Assembly: GCF_030028105.1 (NCBI RefSeq)
Contig: NC_092383.1
Span: 69,983,313 to 70,047,312, forward strand
From: Mobula birostris
Taxonomy: Eukaryota
Reading direction: 5' to 3'
Length of the DNA: 64,000 bases
Below, one piece after another: positions 39,871 to 50,637 of the stretch. Below the pieces are notes generated by a model. It ran no database searches. It was not told the origin of the DNA and was given only the letters and a program-made list of their open reading frames with translations. The position numbers and the translations under genes were made by a program. Positions within the stretch are counted from its first letter, which is position 1; each line of letters opens with the position of its first letter.

Positions 39871-41004
39871 ATGGTTTGGGACTGCTTTGCTGCCTCAGGG
39901 CCTGGAAGGCTTGCATTCATTAGGGGGAACAATGAATTCAAAATTATATCAAGACATTTTACAGGAGAATTTCAGGGTAACAGTCCATCACCTGAAGTTT
40001 ATTAGAAGTTTGATAATGCAACAAGACAATGCTCCAAAAGACAAAAGTAAACCAACAACAGAATCGTTTAAAAAGAAGAGGATTCATGTCTTGGAATGTC
40101 TGAGTCAAAGTCCTGTCCTTAATGCTTTTGAAATGTTGTGGAGGACCTGAAGCAAGCAATTCATAAAAGGAATTCCACAGCATCCCAGAGCTGAAGCAGT
40201 TTTGTAAGGAGGAATGGTGTAAAATACCTCCAAGCTGATGTGCAGGACTGATCAACAGTTACCGGAAATGTTTGATTGAAGTTATTGCTGTACAAGAGGG
40301 TCACACCAGCCACTGAAAGCAAAGGTGCACATAAAAGGAAAATTCATCACAGAACTGGTAATAATGGGGAAACTGGAATTTCTGCTGCTGTTCGAGCCAT
40401 TCTGGGTTGTCATGTAGACCTGAAACAGCGTGCGGTATTTTCTGATTTCCATGTAGATCATCTTTGCTGTAATAGGGAGGTTTTTGAATTGCATTAGGGA
40501 GAATATGTCAAGAGGAATGTCCTCTTTTGTAAATTTTCCAGGTATTTCGTTTTCCAAGGGTAGACAAGACCATCCATCAGAATTTCTGTGATTAGTTGTA
40601 CTCTAGAATTCAGTCTTGTAATTGTGTCCTCCACAAAACGGAGCCCATCTCTACACTGATATGCTGCTGCTGTTAGAGGAACAACCATCTTTGGACTGAA
40701 AATGGACACAAGTGGTTGATGATCAGTAATGAGGGCAAACCGTATAAGTACATTTTGAAATGTTTTATACCCCAAACCAGACCGAAGAGCCTCTCTGTAA
40801 ATCTGTGCTTAATTTTTCTCTACAGTAGCAAGGGAACTTGAAGCAAAGGCTTTGGGACATTCTCTTCCATCACTCATAACATGTGACATGACTGCACCAG
40901 CACCTTGAGGTGAAAAGTGCACATTTATAGTGCAAGATCATGGCAGAACTGCACGTGAAAGGTGAAAGGACAGTAGACTGGGAGATAGGAGACAGTGTCA
41001 ATGA

Positions 41005-41695
41005 ACAGGGGTGGCATAGTAGCATACAGCTTTACAGTACCAGCGACCCAGGTTCAATTCCCGCTGCTGTCTATAAAGATTTTGTATATTCTCTCTGTGA
41101 CCACATGAGTCTCCCCGTGTTCTCTAGTTTCCTCCCACAGTCCAAAGACCAACTAGTTTGGTTTGGGGTGTAAAACATTTCAAACTGTCCTTATATGGGA
41201 GAGAGTTTACCCCTATTACTGATCATCAACCACTAGTGTCCATTTTTAATCCTTAGATGGGTGTTCCACTAACAGCAGCAGCATAAATGCAGAGATGGGC
41301 TCTGTTCTTGGAGGACGCAATTACAAGATTGAATTCAAGGAGACAACTAATCACCAAATGCTGACGGATTGTCTTGTTTACACTTGGACAAGGAGATAGC
41401 TGAAAAATTTACAGAAGGGGACACTCCCCTTGACATATTCTGCCTAATGCAAATCAAAAATCTCCCTTTAAAGATGATCTAAAGGGAAACCAGGAAGGAC
41501 TACTTGGTGACTCGGACCTACATGACAACCTAAAGTGGCTTGAATTGGTTAACTGGTCATTTTAAATTGTCTCATGATTAGGTGAGGGTTGAATTGGTGA
41601 GCGAGGAGGGACAGTGGGTGGGGGTTGGTGGTCAGCATGCTCGAAGGGCTGGAAAGTCCTATTCAGTGTTTATCTAAATAAATCAATAAATTAAA
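41005..41695 (+). mobile_element. tRNA-SINE interrupted by an inverted Gypsy RNase H segment (about 41155-41545)
   Basis: B-box ggttcaattccc, central domain to tccaaagac; resumes ttggttaactggtc...(taaa)n. Confidence 0.7.
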
Positions 41696-41974
41696 TTAAC
41701 CCAGGGCAGTTATGCAGCAGATGATTTGGTATCAGACCTTCGGCTCAGTGGGTCATGGAGATGAGAGAGGTGAATGAAGATAGCAGCTTTCATTGAACTG
41801 TGGAGTTGATGTCCAGGGGAGAAGGTAAGCAATTTGTCAAGCAAATGAGTTTGACCTTTCTGTTGGATGATCAGGTTTGCCTGAAAGTGCTTGATATTGT
41901 TTGCTCCTGCAGCTACATAGTCCCAGTGACTCACACAAGGAAATACCCAGTTAAATTAATCCAGTAGAAGGCTG

Positions 41975-42470
41975 AAGCAAAGTCAAGATGGTGCTAAACA
42001 GCAACTTCTTTGCTTGCATCTTCGGAAACAGCTCAATTTCTATATTTAGTATCTCTTTTTTTTCCTTTTCAAGGTTCTTTTGAAGACCCAGACCTGGAGT
42101 TACACTCTGACTTTGCATGTTTGCGGGAGTGGGACCTGTTCTCAGGGTTACACGATGGGCCGCTTTTTAATATCCCAAGAATGCGGCCTGGAAGACTAGC
42201 ATGCCTTCAGGGTACCAGATGTCTGTGGCTCTGGAGACAGGCTGATTCAAGGTCGATGCCCCTGACTGAGGCATCACAGGAGAACATGGAACATTGGCAG
42301 CAGTGGATTAGCTGCCAGTTGTGTGTCCAATGACTTGAACCTCAGGGCTGATTCTCTGGGCGCAGAGCTTGGAAAAAGCGACGCAGCATACTATTGACAT
42401 CATAATTCAGCGAGTTGTTTGTTATGTCTCCCCTCTCGTTGTGAAAAGGGGACATTTCTTTTTCCCTTAT

Positions 42471-42526
<56 letters not shown>

Positions 42527-42540
42527 ATGTGGTATGTCCA
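41975..42540 (+). repeat. Unclassified interspersed repeat beginning caagatggtgc, containing (GA)n
   Basis: aagatgg 5' motif as at 59188; (GA) tract at 42472-42525. Confidence 0.4.
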
Positions 42541-42544
42541 ATTG

Positions 42545-45500
42545 TGATCCAATTTTCCTCTCAGCCCCAATCTCCTGCCTTCTTCCCATATACCTTCATG
42601 CCCGACCTAATCAAGAATCTATCAACCCCTGTCTTAATTATATGTAAAAACCTGGTCTCCACAGCTTCCTGTGGCAAAATATTCCACAGATTCACCACAC
42701 TCTAGCTAAATAAATCCCTCCTCATCGCCGTTCTAAATGGGCACCCCTCTATTCTGAGGCTGTCTCCTCGTTTAGAATTTCCCACCATAGTAAACATCCT
42801 CTCCACATCCACTATATCAAGGCCTTTCATGATTTGATAGGTTTCAATGAGGTCACCCCTCATTCTTCTGAATTCAAGTGAATACAGATCTGGAGTCAAC
42901 AAATGCTCTTCCTTCGACAAGTCATTCAATCCTGGAATCATTTTCATGAACCTGCTTTGAACCTTTTCCAGTTTCAGCACATCCTTTCTAAGATAAGGGG
43001 CACAAAACTGCTTACAATACTCTAAGTGAGGTCTCATCAGTGCTTTATAAATCTCAGCATTACATTCTTGTTTTTATATTCTAGTCGTCTTGAAATGAAT
43101 GAAAACATTGCATTTGCCTTCCTCACCACAGACTCTACCTATAAACGAACCTTCAGGGAATCCTGCACAATGACTCCTAAGTCCCTTTGTACCTCTTTTT
43201 TTTTGTATTTTCTCTCCATTTAGAAAATAGTCAACCCTTTCATTTCTTTTACCAAAGTGCATGACAATACACTTCCCAACACTGTATTCTATCTGCCATT
43301 TCTTTGCCCATTCTCCTAATTTAAGTCCTTCAGTAGCCTCTCCACTTCCTCAGAGCCACCTGCCCCTCCACATATCTTTACAGTGCCTGCAAACTTTGCA
43401 ATAAAGCAATCAATTCCATCATCCAAATCATTGACATATAATGTAAAATGAATCGGTTCCTACACAGACTCCTTTGAAACACCACTAGTTACCGGCAGCC
43501 AACCAGAAAAGGCTCCCTGTATTCCCACTCTTTGCCTCCTGCCAATCAGTCACTACTTTATCCATGCTAGTATTTTTCCTGTAATACCATGGGCTCACAA
43601 CTTGTTTAGCAGCCTCATGTGAGGCACCTTGTCAAAGGCCTTCTGCAAATCCAAGTAGACACCCTCAACCGAATCTCCTTTGTCTATCCTGCTTGTTATT
43701 TCTTTAAAGAATTCCAGCAGATTTGTCAGGCAAGTTTTCCCTTGAGGAAACCGTGCTGACCATGGCCTATTTTATCATGTACTTCCAAGTACTCTGAGAC
43801 ATCATTCTTAATAATCGACTCCAACATCTTCCCAACCACTGAGGTCAGACTAAATGGCCTATAGTTTCCTTCCTTCTGCCTCTCTCCCTTCTTGAAGATT
43901 GGAGTGATATTTTCAATTTTCCATTCTTCCAGAACCATTCCAGAATCAACTGATTCTTGAAAGATCATTACTAATAACTCCACAATCTCTAGAACCACCT
44001 CTTTCAGAACTCTGGGGTGTCCACCATCTGATCCACATGACTTAACTACCTTCAGATCTTTCACTTTTCCAAAAAACTTTTCTCTAGTAGTAGTACTTCA
44101 CACATTTCATGACCCTGACACCTGGAACTTCTACCATTCTGCTAATGCCTTCCACTGTGAAGGCTGATGCAAAATACTTATTCAGTTCATCCGCCATTTC
44201 ATTGTTCACCATAACGACATCTCCAGCATTGTTTTCCAATAGTCCAACGTCCACTCTCAACTCTCATTTACACTTTATGTATGGGAAGAAACTTTTTGTA
44301 TCCTCTTTAATATTATTTGTTATCTTACTTTTATATTTCATCTTTACCTTCTTCATGACTTTTTAGTTGCCTCTTGTTTGTTTTTAAAAGCTTCTCAATC
44401 CTCTAACGTTCCAGTAATTTTTGCTCTATTACATGCCCTCTCTTTGGCTTTTCTGTTGGCTTTGTCTTCTCGTGTTAGCCAAGGCACATTATCTTTCCTT
44501 TAGAATACTTCTTCCTTTTTGAGATGTATATATCCTGTGCCTGTTAAATTGCTTCCAGAATTTCCAGCCATTGCTGCTCTGTCATCATCCCTGCCAGTGT
44601 TCTTTTCCAATCAATTCTGGCCAACTTCTCTCTCATGCCTTTGTAATTCCCTTTGCTCCATTGTAATATTGATACATTTGACTTTAGCTTCTCCTCAAAT
44701 TTCAGGGTGTATTTGATCACAAGGGTTCTTTTACCTTAAACTCTCTAATGAATTCCATTTCATTGCACAACACCCAATCCAGAATGGCTGATTCTCTAGT
44801 GGGCTCAACCATGAGCTGCTCCAAAAAGCCATCTCATAGGCGCTCTAGAAATTCCCCTCCTGAAATCCAGCAGCAACCTAATTTTCCCAATCTACCTGCA
44901 TTTTGAAGTCCCTCATGACTAGTTTTGCATTGCCCTTTTGGCATGCATTTTCTCTCCCATTATAATTTGTAGACATCATCTGTACTACTGTGTGTGGGGG
45001 GGGGGGCGGTCTGTATGCAACTCCCACCAGGGTCTTTTTACCCTTGTGGTTGCTTAGCTCTATCCGCAATGAATCAACACCTTCTGACCTTACGTCACCG
45101 GAATTGATTGAGTTTTTTTATCAACAGAGCAACCCCACCCACTCTGCCTTCCCGCCTGTCCTTTCAATACAACGTGCGTCCTTGGACATTAAGCTCCCAG
45201 CTATAACCTTTTTTTTCAGTCACAATTGAGTGATGCCTACAACATCGTACCTGCCAATATGCAACTGTGTTGCAAGTTCATCTACCTTATTTCGTATACT
45301 GCGTGCATTCAAACATAGCACCTTCGGTCTTGTGTTCACTCTTTTCGATTTTGTCCACTTTTTACGTTGCAACTTATCCTGTTGACTGCAATTTTGCCCT
45401 ATCAACAGCTTCTCCTTACTACACATTGCCTCTGTATGTAAACCAGCTACCTCGTCTTTACCATTATTATTTGCCTTTCCTGTGCTATTTCTTGAATTAC

Positions 45501-46635
45501 AATATAGGCTGCTCAGGACACTAGCCGCACCATGCTCAACCTTTTGATTCCTAACTTTCTCTGGGGTTTAACCCATATCTGCCTCCAACAACATCTCCAC
45601 TAACTGTTCTGGTATTCTGGTTCCCACACCCCTGTAACTCGAGTTTAAACACCACCGTGCAGCATTAACAAACCTTCCTGCTAGCATTTTACTACCCCTC
45701 CAGTTCAGGTGCAAACTACTCCTTCTATACAGATCCCACCTTCCCTGGAAGAGAGCCCAAAGATTCAAGAATCTTATACACAAAATACTCTGCAGATGCT
45801 GGGGTCAAAGCAACGCTCACAACACACTGGAGGAACTCAGCAGGTCAGGCAGCATCCGTGGAAAAGATCAGTCGACGTTCCGGCTCGAAACGTCAACCGA
45901 TCTTTTCCATGGATGCTGCCCAACCTGCTGAGTTCCTCCAGCGTGTTGTGAGTGTTCCAAAAATCTTATCCCAACCGCCCCCCCTCCCACCACACCAACT
46001 CCTTAGCCTCATATTAAACTGTATAATCTTCCTAGCTCTGGCTTCACTGGCACGTGACATGAGTGGCAAACCTGAGATCACAGCCCTGGAGGTCCTGACC
46101 TTTGACTTAGCAACTAACTCCCTGAAATTCTTTGCAGAACCTCATCACTCATCCTGCCCCTCTGATTGGTACCTATATAGACCACAACTTCTGGCTGTTC
46201 ACCTTAAGAATGCTAAGGACTTGATCAGAGATATCCTGGACCCTGACACCCTGGAGGCAACATACCATCCAGGAATCTCTTTCTCGCCTACAGAACGTCC
46301 TGTCCATTACCCTAATGAACGAATCCCCTATCACCACAGCATGTTTCTTCTTCCCACCTTCCCTTCTGAGTCACTGAGGCAGACTCAGTCCTAGAGTCTC
46401 GACCACTGTGACTTTCCTCTGTTAGGTCATCCCTCCTCGACAGTATCCAAAGTGATATACCTGCTGTTGAGGAAGATGACCACAGGGGTTCTCTGCACTA
46501 GCCTTTAACCCCTTTCCCCTTCCTGCCTGTCACCCCGTTTCCTATGTCCTGCATCTTGGGTATAACTACCTCTCTATTTGTCCTAACTATCATACCCTCA
46601 GCTTCCCAAATGATCTGGAGTTCATCCAGTTCCAG
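42545..46635 (-). mobile_element. Near full-length decayed CR1 (ORF1 esterase, APE endonuclease, RT)
   Basis: ORF1 ISGL..RKIIQFNMRLRSWC / GRWDLYRRSSLHLNWRG; EN KVLCLNARSIRNKVDEL..YDVVGIT; RT GNYRPFSLTSVVGKMLE, QHGFLKGK, RPHLEYC. Confidence 0.92.
45779..45956. mobile_element. Fold-back Penelope pLTR insertion in CR1 ORF1
   Basis: About 68-bp inverted arms at 45812-45879 and 45888-45956; AATCTTAT on both flanks. Confidence 0.8.
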
Positions 46636-47067
46636 TATTAAATTGTGTAACTCCTGACAAACAGTGCAGTATCACTAAGTTTTAAGCATTTATTTTATAA
46701 GGAGTACAAAAGCATGAGATTATGTGCAGAAATAAAAATGCACTAATAAATGCCAAATTAAAAAAGAAGAAGAAAAAGGCATTTCCATTTGGTAAAGAAA
46801 ATGTGAAATATATAAAAGCATTAAGCAAATGAAATAGGATAATCAAAAAACTGGAAATGTGAATTATCAATGGAAACTCCATCAAATATTTGATAATATG
46901 CGATTTCTCAGAACAAATATTAAACATATTCCTTCTCTTTATTATTTCCAGTTGCTTTGAGTACTTTTCAGAGTAAAACTACCGATTATCACAATATTCT
47001 ATGTAATGCTACTCTAAATCACATGCAACTTATCTGCCAAAATATTAGCTTTCTATTGGTCTAGAAT

Positions 47068-47395
47068 TAAATAAAGACGTAAAGATAAGCTTTATTTTTC
47101 AATTGCACATTGAAGCATACCGTGAAATGTGTAGTTTGCCAAATCAATGAGGATTGTGCTGGGCAGGCTGCAAGTATCACCACGATTCTGTTACCAGCAT
47201 AGCATGCCCACAACTCAGTAACCCTAATGTCTTGTCTGTGGGATGTGGGAAGAAATGGGAGCACCTGGAGGAAACCCATGCGGCCACGAGGAGAAGATCG
47301 AGCTCCTTACGGGAAGCAGCAGGAGTTGAACCCCGATCGGTGATCACTGGCACTGTAAAGTGTTGTGCTAAGCACTACACTATCGTGCCACCCAT
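47068..47395 (-). mobile_element. tRNA-derived SINE
   Basis: Reverse of the 11100 family, with A-box (ggtggcacgatagtgtagtg) and B-box (ggttcaactcc). Confidence 0.78.
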
Positions 47396-47564
47396 GCATG
47401 AATAGGCAAGATATAACGTGATGCTACTTTCTACATGAAAAGTGAATTGTTCATGTAGAAAATATCATCACATTATATCTGCAGAGAATTGGATAGTGAA
47501 TTTAGGCAAATGCCTGAATTCCAGAATTAAAGCATAATCAAAGCATAATATACTTAGCATATTT

Positions 47565-47833
47565 AGATTAGGTTATTAGATTATGAGGACACGCAGTCCT
47601 CTTTTATTGTCATTTAGTAATGCACGCATTTAGAAATGATACAATAATCCTCCAGTGTGATATCACAGAAACACAGGGCAGACCAAGACTGAAAAACTAA
47701 CAAAAACCATATAATTATAACATATAATTACAACAGTGCAACAATACCATAACTTGATGAAGAACCGGCCATGGCACAGCAAAAAGTTCAAAGTCTCTCG
47801 AAAGTCCCACATCTCATGCAGACGGGAGAAGGA
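47565..47833 (-). repeat. 3' end of the same retroelement as 3918-4140
   Basis: Sequence similarity; terminal hairpin GAGGAC-tgcgt-GTCCTC and (aatct) tail. Confidence 0.6.
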
Positions 47834-48794
47834 TTATATTTCTTTTGACCTGGTGATGCAGTTACGAGTAACAGCAAGTGAAAGGGTGTGGTAATTATTC
47901 AGAGGACAGGTTATCTTCCTGCTGTTTGGGAATTCTTTTTGTTATGTCATGTCAGATCTGAGAGCAATTTTACCCTCAATATTGAAAAAGACAAACAAAT
48001 GCAGCTATGGCACAAGGCAACTAGGAAGTTAAGTTTGCTTTTGTAACGAAACTGATTATGAAACAGGAAATGAACATTGTGAAGCCACTGCAGATGCTGC
48101 TGGAGACACAAGAGAGTTTGCAGATGCTGGAAATCTTGAGCAATGCACCTAAAATTCTGGAGTTTGTTCTGATGAAGGGTTCCAACTGTTCAACTGTTCC
48201 ATTCTCTCCATAGGTCCTGCCTAACCTGTTGAGTTCCTCCAGTACTTTGTGTGTGTTGCAGATGCCAGTAATTTGAAATCAGAATGGAAAATACTGGAAT
48301 CACCCAGCATTTTCAGACAGCATATGTGGGAACAGAAACAGTTAACATTTCAGATCAAAATTCCTAATAAATTTGCTTGAATTTGTAGAGTGTAGTGTTT
48401 TTAATATTTCATTACTATTAGAGTAATATTATAAATATATTATTCGATTAAGCATCCTTTGATTGTTTACATAATTCATTATGGGTTATATGTAAGAAGT
48501 AAGTGAATGCATACGTCATTGCATCATTACGTCATATATGTGCACCTCAATAAAGAGATGAAACTAAGTAGACAAGACATATCCGGACTGTTGTGTTTTC
48601 CTTTCGATTAGTTTCCAGAGTTACAAAACATAGTAGTGGTAAGGAGGAAGTTTTAAAATGAACCTGACATGACTAGCTACCTATTGAAGTGCAGCATGAT
48701 TTTTCACCACATGAGGAGAGAGATGGTTGACTTTAAAAGAAAAGCTGAAAAAGGACAAAATTCACAGGTTCATGAACAGTGAGTTCTGAGTGAT

Positions 48795-49382
48795 AATTGG
48801 ATTGATGGCATCCGTCAGTCAGACTTGACCATAAATATTGCATCCTAGCTGTCTAGATACACAAGCCTGGGCAGTACGATATGGAGAGCAAGCTGTTGCC
48901 CATGTAGCGAGCTCCCCCTCTCCATGCATCTGATGGACTCAAAGGAACAACAGAAACTGATACAGTTTGGTACCAGAAGCGTCGCAGAAGTTGCCAGTCA
49001 GCTTTGAATTCAATGTAGGACTGCCTCAGTGACTCCAGCTCTGGATTTTTCCCTTGGGGTTTACTCCTGAAGCCTCCCCCATGAGTGGGTATAGCCGCAA
49101 GGAAGTGGAGGTTTGAGATCAGAGTTTTCCTTCTCCTAAATGAGCTGCCTACCATGGCTGACAAGACCCATCTCCCCGAAGTGACTAGTTTTAAGGTGCC
49201 AATAACCCACCTTTTCCCCTTCTCCTGTCAGTAGAAATGGTCCTGCCGGGCTTAGTAACTAAGCCACATGTGAAGGGCAGGAGCTGGACTTGGTTATCAG
49301 CGGCTATTTGAGGCGCAATTGGAAGTATTTAATAGGTAGTTTGAGCTTGTCCCCATTACTACCCTTGGCTAACACAACCTTA
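48795..49382. mobile_element. Non-coding repeat resembling RTE 5'-UTR-derived non-autonomous elements
   Basis: ggcatccgtcagtc..gaccat start and ttccttctccta.atgagctgcctacca motif; interrupts the Gypsy leader. Confidence 0.45.
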
Positions 49383-49569
49383 AGGACCAATAACCTTAGT
49401 GATAATAATAATAAAATAAAATAAGCAGAAACAGCTGGCTGTATTGGAAAGATAGATATGTTCGGTTGCACAACAGATAACTGGATGATGTATACTGAAG
49501 GAATTGAGCAATATTTGGAAGCAAACTTTCAATGTAAGCATTTTGATAGGAAAGGTAGATAATAGTGCT

Positions 49570-50637
49570 GAAAATGAGGTAGTCAGTTTACAAACAGAAG
49601 CAATGTGTAATGAGGACAGGCTGTTGATAAGACAAAATTGCAAACAACAGGATGAGCTGCGATGTGAAAGGTGGACAAAATTGAAAAGAGTGAATACAGG
49701 ACTGAAGGTGTTGTATTTGAATGCGCACAGTATATTGAATAAGGTCGAAAAACTTGCAACACATACAAAATGCTGGAGGATCTCAGCAAGCCAGGTAGGA
49801 TCTACGGAAAAGAATACAGTCGACGTTTCGGGCCTGCTGAGTTCCTCCAGCATTTTGTATATGTTGCTCGGATTTCCAGCATCTGAAGATTTTCTCTTGT
49901 TTGTGATTAGAAGAACTTGCAGCACAGTGGCAGATTGGCAGGTATGATGTTGTAGGCATCATTGAATCATGACTGGAAGAAGATTTTATTTGGGATCTTA
50001 ACACCCAATCTCAATGTTAGCATTCATTTCAAGAGGACTAGAATATAAAAGCAAGGATGTAATGTTGAAACCTTAGAAGGCACTGGTGAGGCCTCACTTG
50101 GAGTATGATGAGCAGGTCTGGGCCTCTTATCTTAGAAAGAATGTGCTGAAACTAGAGAGGGTTCAAAGAAGGTTCACAAAATTATTTCAGGATTGAATTT
50201 TTTGTCATAGCGAGAGTGTTTGATGGCTCTGGGCCTGTATTCACTGGAATTCAGAAGAATGAGGGGTGACCTAATTGAAGTCTATCAAATGGTGAAAGGC
50301 CTTGATAGGGAGGATAAGGAGAGGATGTTTCCCATTGTAGGACGGTCCAAGACCAGAGGACACAGCCTCAGAATTGAGGGGTGCACTTTTTGAATGGAGA
50401 GGAGGAGGAATTTCTTTAGCCAGAGAGTGGTGAATCTGTGGAATTCTTTGCCACAGGCAACTGTGGAGGCCAAGTCTTTATGTGTATTTAAGGCAGAGGG
50501 TGATAGATTCTTGATCGGTCAGGGCACGAAGGGATACAGGGAGAAGGCAGTAGATTAGGGCTAAGAGGAAAATGATGAAATGGTGGAATGGACTAACTCT
50601 GCTCCTATATCTTATGGTCTTATGCTCTTATGGTCTA
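49570..50637 (+). mobile_element. CR1 with a large internal deletion (EN N-terminus joined to ORF2 C-terminus), with a fold-back PLE at about 49758-49910
   Basis: LKVLYLNAHSILNKV..YDVVGIIES, then LAFISRGLEYK..LVRPHLEY; (ttatggtc) tail; AACTTGCA duplicated around the PLE. Confidence 0.85.

Larger units (their letters stand above)
38310..40332 (+). mobile_element. Tc1 transposon (DD34E transposase pseudogene), right TIR missing
   Basis: TA|CAGTGG start; QLSEDLRRRIVEMH..YKNISKDL, TDERKVEIFG, YGGRSIM.W, QQDNAPK, SQSPVLNAFEMLW. Confidence 0.9.
37473..40910 (-). mobile_element. Decayed Gypsy LTR retrotransposon (RNase H, integrase C-terminus, 3' LTR) interrupted by Tc1
   Basis: Minus-strand LVWGIKHF..LITDHQPLVSIF (RNase H), TSAPYH (integrase), HYPTRVRNPPQRLNL*, polypurine tract and LTR ends. 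Confidence 0.85.

Noticed and set aside
49380-49947. 147-181 aa ORFs
   Set aside because: Chimeric read-through across Gypsy, CR1 and PLE junctions
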